Positions 47,601 to 60,586 of a stretch of DNA of 64,000 nt are shown here, piece after piece. Each line of letters begins with the position of its first letter. Position 1 is the stretch's first letter. Both the position numbers and the translations under genes were made by a program. The stretch spans positions 186,001-250,000 of the forward strand of contig JAQGDQ010000292.1 of assembly GCA_030141605.1 (NCBI GenBank), in the 5' to 3' direction. The notes under the pieces are model-generated. The model was given only the letters and a program-made list of their open reading frames with translations. It did not search any database and had not been told where the DNA came from. The stretch is from Tubiluchus corallicola. Its lineage: Eukaryota > Animalia > Priapulida.

Positions 47601-48499
47601 CGCATTTGTCCATACCCCCCCCCCCGGAACCAAACCACAATATACACTATAATACAATATACCATTACCCAGAATGGTAGATCTGACTGATTAAGTAACT
47701 TAGCTACAAGTACGAGTAACGTGGTCGTCAACTCAAGTTCTTTTACTTAGACTTTGCAGTTAAGGGCGCAAGTTCTTAAAAACCGGGTGCTCATAGTTAT
47801 ACACAAAAAAGTTAAACAAATATAAAAAATAATTTTATCACACAAAGACTGATACCTTCTTGGAACAACCTTAAGAAAGCTTTATTCGCACATTTAAAAA
47901 AACGTTTGAAGCTGAGATATCAACGATGACGAGCAACACCATCAATAATTAGTGATATTTAAATGATACAGTGAATTTATAACCTACTCACGTAACAAGA
48001 TATGCCAACTGCCAGTTACCTGCACTTAAAAGATATGACTCCCACATTACACTTTCAACAAAAGATTAAAATAAAGCAATAAAATAACTTCAAAGACGAG
48101 CAACTTTACTAAATCTACCAAAAACTGTCAAACCGAAAACAGCGGTAAAATAGCATGGTATTGTGGGATATACGTTACAAAGGAGCAAAAGGACTATCAA
48201 CAATTATGTACAATGTCTACAATTCACTACCAGTTTATTTTCCGCATCCAATCTGGTTATAAACCATAGATTTAAATGCCACACACGCAATTTTCAGCTA
48301 ACGCCACCCAGGCACCTACACTAGCTACTGTCAGCTGAATTGAAAATAACTGATTAAATTGTGCTTCTCTATTTTGAAATGACAGCAGTGCTATAATTGT
48401 AGATTTATTTTTTCAAATTAGTGCCAATAGGCAATAAGCACGGCGGCATTAATTTCTCCTAAAATGTTAACATACAGCATTAATCGTAAACTATATCAA

Positions 48500-48790
48500 A
48501 GTTTACTCTTTAGATCCTGCCCATTGCTAAGATCTAGAAATGTTTTAGAAATACCATGCCAAAACTGCTGAAACCTACTCTATGTACACTTTTATTGGAG
48601 AGTGTACCAACTTTGCCATTTGCGTCTACTAGGCCTAACACACTCCCCTTTCCAAAAACTACATGCAAGTTATACACATAATACCTTCCTTTCAGTCCCT
48701 CCTTTTGCTTGTATCTGATTGCTTTCGTCATGCCATTTGCAATATTCCTCTGAATTTGATTATCCAAGTCCAGCAAGCCTTGGGGTAGAG
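48500..48790 (-). mobile_element. Heavily degraded non-LTR (CR1/L2-type) reverse transcriptase fragment
   Basis: ...RYKQKEGLKG...VVFGKGSVLG resembles the R-Q-V-NG...SGVPQGSVLGP block. Confidence 0.35.
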
Positions 48791-49992
48791 AATTTATTTA
48801 ATTAAGTGGTACATAATGATTAATATAATTTCAGCTATGGTATGCAGAGTACAAAAAAATAAATACAATAATAGATCAATTGAACAGAACAATTTATTAT
48901 GTCAAAAAAATCCTGGATCAGTAGAGCAACTATCATGAATTAGTGTGAAAGCCTCCACGGATTGCACAGAAGCAATCTTGAAGGGTATGATCAGAGCAAA
49001 TTGAACGGAACGGCCTAGAAATTGACCGGCCGCAACACTGCAGAATACAACCGACCTATTCTGAAAAACAGAGCAAATGCTAGCCGCTCAGCTTAGCATA
49101 CTCAAGGTGCTTTCTAGTCTTTTGAAGGGTCCTTATGCTTACTGTGAGAAATTACAGAAACTGTAACTTCAGACACTAACAAGTAGCAACATGCAGAGTT
49201 AGCTATAACCTGTAACTGGAGTTTTTAAATGACATTGACATCACCACAAATAATGAAAGCACAGGTAAAATATAACACAAACGGGCAAGGCTAGAGATAT
49301 GTAGGAACTTCTGTTCCTAATGAGTACTAAACCACTGTAACAAACTATATCACACGCCACAATTGATGCTGCAAACATAAATAAATATAATAACAAAACA
49401 GGGTCACAAACATTGAAGAAGTGGAGGGAGAAAAATCTGGGATCCTTCTGTAATGGCTTCAGTCTTGTCAAACATAATACTTCTAAGCCTTTTATAGCTC
49501 TTTATACTAGGTCTTTCAAGATATTTGTTTTGTTTCTAACTGTATCAACGCTTTAGTCAGGGGTCTCAAACAGATTTTCCAGATAGAAAATTTTTAATCC
49601 AAGTGCCTTAGTTCATATTTCATGCCACATTTAATTCTTATCATGACATTCCAATTCCCTATACCAAAACCTTACTGCATCATATTTGTTTAATAACACA
49701 CTTTTACCGTTGTATCATCACCTGTATGAATTAGATGATGACAGACACCTTTTTAATTTCAGTTTTGCTTCTAGCTCCACCGGCAACTCATACCCAATAT
49801 CGTGTCAGTTTCTGCCAACTCAAAATTTTTGCTAATACATTATCGTTTTAAATATTTTTTAGTACATTTAGTTCCCTTTATGTTAGGCTGGTACTTGTTA
49901 ATGGAATGCCAATGCAGTTGGGTTATGGGCCCGTAGTCAAATATAAAAATGCAAATTGAATAAAGCATTAAAAATCTAAGTTGATTAGACAT

Positions 49993-51138
49993 CAGTGGCG
50001 GCTCTTAGCTAGAATTAGTGGAGGTGCTGCTTCAGAAAACTTTTAGCCATTGTTTTAATACTGTGTAAAATGTTAGAAACATATGTAATTTTAATGCTCT
50101 AGTTATATTTGAAGATCAGGTGTTGAACAACCTATTTCCTTAACTGCAACTTTCTCATGGAGAGACAATTGTGAAAAATTAAACTGTTGTAGTTCACTTA
50201 CAGTCACAAAACTTATTTCTTGGGGATGCAAGGCGTTCATTATTAAACAATTTATGTTTTAAACACACACTGCTAAGTTTAGACTTTATCACAGCCAAGA
50301 ATACGACGGCACACGGTAAGAATGTCGCAAATGAAACTGTGTTCGGAGACAGTACTTTTCTACCTTGCAGCAGATGGTAGCATACAGCATGTTATCTCAG
50401 ATATGTGCGCATGGCCGCAGGTGCACAACAGTCAAACACCAAGTTGCTTGGGCTGCGAAACAAACTGTACTTCCCTCACATGCTCTGGTTCCACAGAAGT
50501 ATAAAAAAAAGAACTAAAGAAAAGAGACTTATTACAGTCAACCTTGGGTATAATGCATTCGCTTATAAAGGACCACCAACATCGGTCCCGATTTTTCGTA
50601 ATGTTTTTCCTTATAAAAATCTTTGTATACAAGGTAGTTGGATATAAGGGATGATATCTTCAGGTCCTGCATAATAGAAACCCAGGTAAATTACCTTGCA
50701 TATAAAGGACCCTATGATCAAATATTTTCTACATTCTAAAAAGCCTATGCCGAGACTCTGCGCGGGCCCGACTGTATTCCCTTGGACTAGTAGTAGTCTT
50801 CCCTTGGACCTGGTAGTTCCAGGAGCCAATCACAATGTCCCATATAAATTAAGCAGCAGATGGTGATTGGCCGATGAGCTGATCAACCAGCTTGGCGAAA
50901 ACTTTCCGGGTAATTTTTTTCCTCTGTGATCGTAGTACAGTGCCATTGTTCAGTTCAAGACGATTGGATGTGTTTGCATTAAATCAGTATATTACACACG
51001 TTGCGACAAATGGTTGATTGGGCGATATTCTACCGCAGGTGTGATATCCCCTCGGTCTGACTCAGCTTCGACTATAAGGGACATCGGATATTAGGGACGA
51101 TTTTTTTCGTTCTGGAGGTGTCCGAGGAGCCGACACTA
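49993..51138. mobile_element. hAT-type MITE carrying a nested mariner-type MITE
   Basis: Termini CAGTGGCGGCTC...GAGCCGACACTA, 8-bp TSD TTAGACAT/GTAGACAT; ~540 bp homologous (inverted) to 63286-63892. Confidence 0.8.
50535..51122. mobile_element. Tc1/mariner-type MITE, same family as 1999-2496, inverted, right end deleted
   Basis: TA|CAGTCAACCTTGGGTATAA start; the body is the reverse complement of the 1999-2496 element. Confidence 0.85.
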
Positions 51139-51956
51139 GTAGACATACTATAATTCGAATCAATATGTGAACTTGCACTATATTATACTATTGTGTCATA
51201 TACAATTCACTGTTCACTCTATATGTGCACAATAGTGTACTAAATTTTACACCACCTTATACTTATACTATGTCTCTTTCCGTACATTAGTTCTTGCTTT
51301 GCATCTTTGTACTACAAATATATTTTCACCAGTACTCTACCAACAGTTTTATAGTAAATCAAACTTTTATCAAAAAGTTTGGCATAGCAGTACACGTAAA
51401 TTAAAAGGTCATTTATGTGAAGAATATTACTAATGAGAAAGTAGATTAAAAGATAAAAAATGCAAAAGAAATCAATCTAATGAAGTCTAATAAAAGAGCT
51501 CTAAATTTTAATCACAATTCACAACAGTTTTTATTTTACATCTGTTAAATTATTCCATGATCAATGAAAGTCATGAGTTCTGTATCATGCATGAAAGCTA
51601 TACCAGTATAATTGCTGTCCAAAGCAAATATAGACTGTCTGGCATTTATGACTAAATTGTAACTTAAATAATAAATTTTGCAGTTGTACAAATTTAGCAT
51701 GGTTCTATGTGAATGCACAAGTTGCTGCAAAATAAGCCTATAATTCTGTCTTGCAACATAACTAGAAAGCAGCTAATTATTACAATAAAACTATCAGCAC
51801 AAGCTAACACACCATTGATTTTATATGCTCAACAGAAGTAATTATAAAGTCTATAAAACAATATTTAAAAAAACAGAAACAAAAACAGCTTTACTGATAC
51901 ACAGACACTGTATAAATTATGCAACAGTTTGCATATTATATTCGATAGGTCAGCAG

Positions 51957-52766
51957 TCAAGAAGAGGATTTCCAAAACTTGCCACTTCCTCGCAAACCCT
52001 TTGCCTTTGAAACCTTTTTGGTTGGCTTCTCTTGTTGGCTCACTGAAGGTTGAGCACTGTCAACCACCATGGTTTCTTCATACTCTTGTGCCTGCGCTTT
52101 TAGCGTCTTCTTTATATTAGCCACTTCTGTTTCTATTTTTACGCGCGTGTTGCTGTAATGTTCTTTCTGCATGTTAGCTTTCTTCACCTGAGCTTCAATA
52201 TTTGCAAGTGTTATTTCAGATGCATCACACCACTCTTGAAGAATGTTGATGATAGAAGGCAAAACTTCAGGACGCACATCTCTGCCAATTGTGTAGTCGA
52301 CTTCCAAATGTTGATTTTTTAAATCAAGTTTGCCATGAATAATATCTGCATATATAGCTTCTATAATTAGGTCTTCCAGTTCTCTAACGTTACCAATATC
52401 CAGTTCTTCCAAGAGTGCAGTATATGGGATGTACTTAGACTTGTTAGCTAAGGACACTACAGTAAGATGCTTCAACTTTTTAATCTGTACAGGTGTTAGT
52501 TCAGGAAGGTTTCCCTTTTGTTCTTTATATTCACCATAAGTACCAAATGAGAATAAACAGAGTAGCTGAAGGTAACCTTTATGAAGATGTACATCACTTT
52601 CACCTAATTCCTGAATATTTGGCATATCAAGAAGTTCTCCAAAAACATACACACCAGGAGCATCCAGCACTTGTTTTATCAATTCCACAGCTGCAGCTCC
52701 TTTAGCAGACTTCGCAAGCAGCACAAATTGCTCAAGCACGTGAGTCATTGATTTTTCCATGACCAT
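51957..52766 (-). CDS. COPS7: COP9 signalosome subunit 7 (PCI domain), intronless CDS
   Basis: LEQFVLLAKSAKGAAAVELIKQVLDAPGVYVFGELLDMPN...VRELEDLIIEAIYADIIHGKLD...GRD and the C-terminal KGLRGSGKFW are CSN7 hallmarks. Confidence 0.96.
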   Translation of the reverse strand: MVMEKSMTHVLEQFVLLAKSAKGAAAVELIKQVLDAPGVYVFGELLDMPNIQELGESDVHLHKGYLQLLCLFSFGTYGEYKEQKGNLPELTPVQIKKLKHLTVVSLANKSKYIPYTALLEELDIGNVRELEDLIIEAIYADIIHGKLDLKNQHLEVDYTIGRDVRPEVLPSIINILQEWCDASEITLANIEAQVKKANMQKEHYSNTRVKIETEVANIKKTLKAQAQEYEETMVVDSAQPSVSQQEKPTKKVSKAKGLRGSGKFWKSSS

Positions 52767-55431
52767 CAGAAAACGTCAATTTTCAGTGTGCGAAAATATC
52801 GTAGGAACTAGCTTAATGACGAAAAATGCTACAAAAATAAAAAAAATGTCAGTTGCTCACAACTCTATATTATATTTCATAAAGCCTGTTCAAAGGTACA
52901 ATAGTGTACAATTAGCGATAACAAAACGAACAAGTTAAATGCTACGTCATTATTAAAAAAAATTGTAAATAAATATTGGAATCTTGATCAGAACCTAAAT
53001 GAGGTGGTCACTTTCTTTTGGCTAATTTGGCTTCAAATTGCTAATCAATTACTGACCTGTTCCTCCATACCAAAATGCTGAAAGTTTGATTATAACAGTT
53101 AAGATATTTATCAATTACTATCAGAGCTTACAAGTTGCGATCAGCCAAAAAGTGAAATTCCAGCAATATTGTCAGTTGGTCACAGCTCCATGTTATGTTC
53201 CACAAGAATTATTCAAAGCTACATTAGTGTACAGTTAATGATAACAGAATAAGCAAGTAATTAAATTTTTAAAAACAAAAGTACTAGAAAATAAAAAAAT
53301 ACTTAAATATTAAAGCTGGAACAAAACTTGAGGTCACTTTATTCTGAGTAAGTTTGTCTTCAAAAAGTTAATCGATTACTGGTCTGTTCTGCCATTTCAC
53401 AATGTTTATTTTTTATTCTGTTAATGCTAATCAATATCTTACCCTTTAGACTGACTCAAAGAACTATAGAATTGAATAATTACATGTGCACACTTTAATA
53501 CTGTGGCACAAAGACAGAAGGATATAGTTCATCTATTCATAATTAGAGCACATTATATAGAGTAAGGCTAGGAAATCCATAATTCATTTTAACAGTATTT
53601 ACAGATACAAAAAGCTGAAAATATGTGAGATTGGAAGATTTTTGAATGACTATATGACTTAAGTGTCAAATGCAAGTCTTATACACAATGTGAGACTTGA
53701 TAGACCTAGTAATATCTTTAAATGATGTATCTAGATGAGCAGTTTAAGTAAACCAACATAAATAAACTAACCATTTAATTTTTTGAGTTTAAACTTTTAA
53801 CTTTAAGATGACCCCAATTTGTTGCACAATCGTTGCTAGTCTTCAGACTAGTCTTCATGCTCTACATATGGGCAGCATTTAGTTCGTATATAGCTGCTTA
53901 GAATTTCAGGGATATCGTGGCAGAATCGTACAAGCTTAATTTCATTGTTTAAACATTGGGCCTGCAGTTCAAATTTTTCGCGATATGATTAATCCCTTCT
54001 TATTAAATAGAGATTAGTATTAATTGAATAACTGCCCAATACTAGACCTAATTTGGCTCCTGCTCAATGGGCAAAAAATACTGTAACAAAGTAATTTACG
54101 GTAAATGGTTATTAATTACATTAGTTTCTATTTTTATTTAGCTACAACACACGTGCTAACTTTTTCTTATTTTTTATAAGGTTAAATTAAGTCCATGGTG
54201 TTGCCAATTCCACTGAATCGTAAAATTTGTAATGAAGACTCAGAAATTAATTGCTTCAATTCAATCTCACTATAAAATTTCATTGTTCATTTTTCTTAAA
54301 CAGCATGTGTCCCTTGCCTAGACCATAATACACATTATCATTTTTTGTGAAAGATGATAGAGAAATTTGGGATCAACACTTTAAATTATATATGGCCATC
54401 ATATCTTTAAATAGAAGTTTCCTAAAGTAAAAAGACTTCTATGAAATGTGCCGATCTGTTTTTCTTGAGTAATCGTTAAACCCCAAGTTTCGCTGTTGTA
54501 CATAAATATGCGGGAAACATTAGCATTAAATAATCGACGTCTTACGTTAAGACTTAATTTCTTGTTAGTTAATACATTCTTGTGCTTAATCCAAACAGAA
54601 GAGTAAGGTCATTTTTAATAGGCGACATCTTCAGCCAAGCCCATTGAAATTTCTGTGTGCGATTTTCGCGATCTTTCACGACTCACTTACTATTTTGTCA
54701 CACGGTAAAGCTAGTGGTGAATCTGGCACAAATCAGAAAAGGGTAACTCTTGTAAAAATAAACAACACGAAACAATAATAGCTATAAAGCATTAGAGGAG
54801 ACGTTATATGTTTTTCTGAATCCATTAGCCAATCCTATAAACAATTCTGTTTTCCCAAAAAATTCAATAGAATCAATGTGTGTATTTTTTAACAGTAACG
54901 TATTACTATTTAAATCAAATGGGTTTAACTACAAGAGCATGAGTATTCAAAAGCTAGGGAAGAACATAATGCAAGCAACTAGTTAAATATTGGTAAAGTC
55001 AGCTATTAATGTTATTAAATTTAACTAAAATTTAAGGGCTCTATGCACCTTACAGCATAAAAACTATGTTGACGAAGTCAGGCATTGCGTGTACTTGAAA
55101 CACAACCTAGAGTACAAATTTGCACATGCTAGAAAGCCACCAAATTTACAGATGAAACTCGTTATAGATAATGTTAAATTTAAATAAATTAAAAGGTTCA
55201 CATAACGCAGAGACTATCAATGATTAATGGCACGTCGAGCTGCGAGCACAATTCACGTGGTAACAAGCGAACAGATTTACGAATATAGTTAACCATGGGT
55301 ATTGTTAAAATTATGCCAACTTATACGGTTAAACGATTAAGTCCACTTAATAGTATATGACTGTGCTGGCAAAATCAGGCATTACTAGTACATGTCAAGC
55401 ATAAGCTGCACAACAGATAGATAGTTAGTTA

Positions 55432-55459
55432 GATGGATGGATGGATGGATGGATGGATG

Positions 55460-55496
<37 letters not shown>
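55432..55496. repeat. Compound microsatellite (TGGA)n(GA)n
   Basis: Seen directly. Confidence 0.95.
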
Positions 55497-55497
<1 letters not shown>

Positions 55498-55869
55498 TTT
55501 ATGTTTTTGCACTGTACGCATTGCATTGTGTATTGCAATGTATATTTTGAACGAACTATTTCGCATTTTCTACTAATATAATAATTTTTAATTCACAACT
55601 CATGTTGTTTCTTTCGCAGTTCTCTAACTTGAGTGAATTTGAGGAAGTATGTTTCCAGAATATGAGGGCTAAGTACAGAAGCAACTAAGCTGAAGCACAC
55701 GTGCAGAAAAGCACTCAATGTTTTTTTAAACAAGGCACAAGAAAGTGTAGTAATTGTAATTGTAAAATAAGACACTATAATTATAAATATTTAAGTGAAG
55801 AAGATTAGAAAGAAAACTGGCAAAAGAATCACACAAAATGAATCAGATGTACTCTTTAAACTATTTTTA

Positions 55870-56075
55870 CGGGGCCACATATTTTGCTATTAAATGAAAA
55901 ATATTTTTTGGATGTGGTTTGAAGGGACTGATTAAGTGGTATATGACTAGGGAGGTTGTTCCACAACTTGACCCCATTATATTGCAAACTGTTGAGGCCA
56001 TGTTGGGTATTAAAGCTTGGCTGAAAGAACTGTCCTTCTTTTGAGGACCTCCTGTAATAAGAATGAATATTATAT
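55870..56075 (-). mobile_element. 3' fragment of a CR1/L2-clade LINE ORF2
   Basis: IHSYYRRSS...NTQHGLNSLQYNGVKLWNNLPSHI matches the typical H-Y-TR...G-KLWN-LP C-terminal block. Confidence 0.7.
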
Positions 56076-57647
56076 ATTTTAATGGATAGTTTTAATAGCA
56101 GCAATCTTATTTTATTTTATTTTATTTTATTTTAAGGAATTTCAGGCGTCAGATGTAACCTGTGTCGCTTCTTGGGGCTCGAGCAGCCTTAGGATGTCGA
56201 GGAGCCTTAGGATCCCTTTTTAGGAATTCGAGCACTGTGTAATGCTGTTGTAATAAATTGTTTGTAATAAACTATATTTCATTCAAGTTGTTTTCAGTTT
56301 TACACGATCGCACTCACGAAAATAAAAATTATTTTCCTACAGATACTTTAGATGTTTTAAAAGTTACATGGTAATGAGGTAGTGGACGGGGATTCCACAA
56401 TAATTTAATCCTATTAGGTAGTGTGATTTGTAGTGCAAAACAGGAATTTTGCATTTTTTGCGTGATCGAGTCACGTTCGACGTAAATGTCTCCCGGTCAA
56501 GTGTCTGACGCCCAAACGGCCGTGCTCAATTTTCCCGCACCCAAGACCTAGCTGACCCCAAGCCCCCCACCAGTTACGAGTGTTCACCTGTTAATATCAA
56601 TTTTAGTGACTTCTGAATGCGAACATGTCAACAAAATTGATCGTGTTAGACATGTTCACAAAGCTCATGAAATTCTCTCTGTCTATGTCATAAAATTTTC
56701 ATCAGCTATATCCACCGAGAAGAAAAAATAACGAACGAAAATTCAAATCGAAATTGTTGCAGTTTTAGCAGAAGTCAAAACAACTACAAGTCATTAGGTT
56801 TTCACGTCACGTTGATTAACAGAAGAGTGAAGCTATTGCAGCCTGCTAAACGCTCTGGAGCTCCTCGTGACTTATTGTTATTTACTGAGAACTTGTGATA
56901 ACGTATGAGGACACGCATTAGACCGAACGCGCAGTAACGCCGGAGTAGTGGAGACACTTCCGATTTTCTGCTCTATTTTGCAATAGGGCGCAGCCAAACA
57001 AGCAATTTATAATAGCTCACCTTTTCTAGGACAAAAGACCACGAGTAATGCAAAGGCCAACAATACAAACACCTGCACACGCACGCCCTCACGTGGATTG
57101 ATTTTTGGGATATTCCATTTTTATGTAAATAAAAGACTGCGTTGAGACTGGAGCAGAACCCGTTGACGACGACTTCATGACAGTTATACAGAGCTGGATT
57201 TCCTAATAATATTGGATGATTAAGTAATAAGGCATTTTTGGTAGTTAGTCAACCATTTGTCTGTCACAATATTGTCAGTAACTATTTCTCAAACCAGACC
57301 CTTCAGTTATGAAAAGCTAGATCATATTACACGGGTAAGAATTCCATTAACCTATAATAAGTAAGGACAATTCACGCCTATTGATTTAGTTTGGCTGAAC
57401 TTGTATTGCTTCAAGTTATACCATCTAGTGATTGATCTTGCTATCTGCGACTATAACTGCAGGCCGCAGTTATGGAATTACCGCACGCATACGTACATAA
57501 ATAGAAAGAAGGGTAATCAAAATTTTGATTGTAGTCCAACTATGTTTGTCTGTCTGTACAAATTAAGTACTAGCAAAAATTTCAAACAAGCAGTTGAGCT
57601 GAGTTTTCAAGCTCCGTGTGGTACCGATCAATGACATCAATGGCGAA

Positions 57648-57956
57648 GTGCATCAGCTACCCGGAGCAAGCATAAAGATTTACGACAAGAAAGCTGAAAA
57701 GACTGTTGCATAGAGACTAGTTAAGGCGCTTGAAATCATTGGCATTGGCGACTGAGAGGGAATATGATAAACTTTTATGAAATTCTCACGAACGCTCGTT
57801 ATCATGTTCGTTAGGATTTTATAAATATTTATCATATTCCCTCTCAGTCGTCTATGCCAATGATTTCAAGCGCCTTAACTAGACTCGTGCAACAGTCTTT
57901 TCAGATCTTTTCAGCTTTTTGTCATCAACCTTTATGCTTCCTGGTAATTGATGCAC
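57648..57956. repeat. ~310-bp fold-back inverted repeat (~145-bp arms, ~12-nt spacer)
   Basis: CTAGTTAAGGCGCTTGAAATCATTGGCAT and CGACTGAGAGGGAATATGATAAA both have exact reverse complements in the right arm. Confidence 0.92.
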
Positions 57957-58144
57957 GCGCGCGTGTGTATTAAAAACTGGGGATGATATATCACCAGTGT
58001 CCTATTATTCAGGGTGGTATTCAGGGTAAAAGTGGGATAAAAGTGGTCTCAGTTATGTAGTTGTAGACTGTTATTTACAGCCGGCCCAAAAGCTCTTTGG
58101 AGCTTATGTTAATTGTTCATCCTAAAAACTGACTTTAAATAAAG

Positions 58145-58240
<96 letters not shown>

Positions 58241-58257
58241 TATTATTGTTATTATTA
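58145..58257. repeat. (TTA)n microsatellite
   Basis: Seen directly. Confidence 0.97.
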
Positions 58258-59176
58258 TGCTACTATGAAGTTACTTTATTGTGCCAGCAGTTTAAATAGT
58301 GAATCATGCGACCTGAAATCGCAAAATTTCTAGGTTCACGTCCTTGTTGGTACACAATTTTTCAATGCGCCTTCTATTAAATAGTCTCAGGTCAGAGTAT
58401 GATATGTCTTTCTGTGGTTTGTACAGTAACATAAATACCTTTATGGGGGCCTAAAAAGCAATGCACCAACATTAATGTCAATCAAAAGGCGAGTAATGAT
58501 AACTGTACTGACGTTACACGACATGTTAATTTATTAATATTACTGAAACTAACAAATTCATTATGTAAAAATATTTGCTACATTTACTACATTTGCTAAA
58601 TTAGCAACATTTGCTAATTTTACATTACATTAGCATGATGAACAGGTTTCTTTTCGCGCAGTAAATTTTGCAAATACAATTTTTACAATGATCATGCAGC
58701 AGAAAAATATTAGTATAGAACTTTATTGTGAACGGCTTTTCATCTACAACAGAATTATTAACAAAAAATATTTTTCAATATTTCTGTCATCGAATACACT
58801 CACAGATTTATAAAACACTAAGAATATATACGCACATAAAAATAATATAGCATCGACCTTAGGCAATAAATGTTACCAGTCAGCTCACACTGTACTACTA
58901 AATTTCGTCGAAAAGTACTGAGTACATCTAGTCTAATTTTTGGTAGTATAAGTTGCCCATGTGAAGCAAGCGTTGGTGATCCTATCAGTCATATGTCTAC
59001 TGAAGCATGCCAAGCAACTCTACTACCCAATTAAAGGCCCATTAACACCCAAAATATTCAATAATACCCAAATCAGGAAACAGATCAAAGTATGGGCTCG
59101 ATGGAAGCAGTCTAGATTTGACAGTGTGAATCAGATGCATATGTTGTTAACATTGTTGCAACGGTCAAATTATCAA

Positions 59177-60546
59177 TTACCTTCTATAACCTCTATTTGG
59201 AGCTGTCATACTTTTTGATGGGGGAGGTGGTGAATTTGCTTGAGCTTTTTCCATTTCATAATGAATTTTGTCCAGTTCTTCTTGGGTTAGGGTAAACTCA
59301 TCACGATTAGCTGATCCTCTCCTCAAATATTCTGTATTTCCTGATTTCGGAAACTGCTGAGCTGGCTGACTGGGAGACAGGGATGCACCATTATAAAGAG
59401 GTGCACCTATCAAAGATGCACGCTCACTCTTTGGAAGCCATTTCTTTGGTTGAGCCGGTATCTTCCATTCTGGTTGCGGATCTCGCTGTTGATGAGTCAT
59501 CGGCGGCGAGGATTGCTGTTTTGGCAAAGCGAGAGGCACAGTGCCTCTTTTTGCAGCTTTTTGCTGCTGTGGTGCATTATTTGCATTCTCAAGAGAATTT
59601 ACTTTTGGTGATTCCTGCCTTTGGAATCTTCGTGATGGGGGAATCCACTCAGGTTCGGGATCTCTTTTTTGCACGGGAACTGCATGTTCTGGTTCACCAG
59701 TATCATTATCTGTCTCTTCATATTCATTCTCTTCCTGTTCATCTATGTTCTGCAATGGAGCCTCTGGTTCTGGCTCAAGCAAAGAATCATTATTGTAAGT
59801 TGGCTTCACATCAAAACGTGCAGCATTAATTGATTCAATTTCGTTTCGTAGAGACTCCCTCCTATCCATTTCTCTCCAAAGCTCCATGGTCTTTCTCACG
59901 TCTGTAGGATTATCATCAATTTCGTTAGGGACTTCTTCACCTTTGTTTACGGGTTCAACCATTGGTTTGTCTGATTCGAGTCGCTGTTGTGGATTATGAT
60001 AAGCTGCAATTCGGGTTTGTTGAGCTTCAGTAACTGGAGGACGACTGGATTCTCTTTGAGAAGATGGAGGTGAATGTAATTTCTGTGTTTTACGCGAATA
60101 TTGGCTTGTTGTGGGTTGAATATTGGAAACGTCATAGTAGTCTGGTTCAGTTTTTCTTGCTCTCTGCCTTTCCTGTTGAGCCTTTTTGATGCTTGCCATA
60201 AGTGCAGCATTTTGAGGTGTCTGTTGTTTCCATAGTGGTTGAGGCTGTCTTGCTTTTGGAGAAAGTTCTGATTCGTCAACCTACGAGAAATTCCAAAATA
60301 TAAATTATTTTTCTAAGGAAATGTTATACTGTTGCTATTTATGTTCACGTTAGGAAATTTTTGAATTATTTTGTTTTTTTTTCCAGAAAATATTATTTTA
60401 TTCGTTCACCTGTATGAACATCTCCTTAGCAGCCGAATTATTATCATTAGCAGTTTCTATCGCAGAATACATCTTAGTCCTCCAATCCTGCTGTTGTCTA
60501 ATATACTCATCTTGGATGTCTTCGTCGGTAACCTAGGCAGAATTGT

Positions 60547-60586
<40 letters not shown>

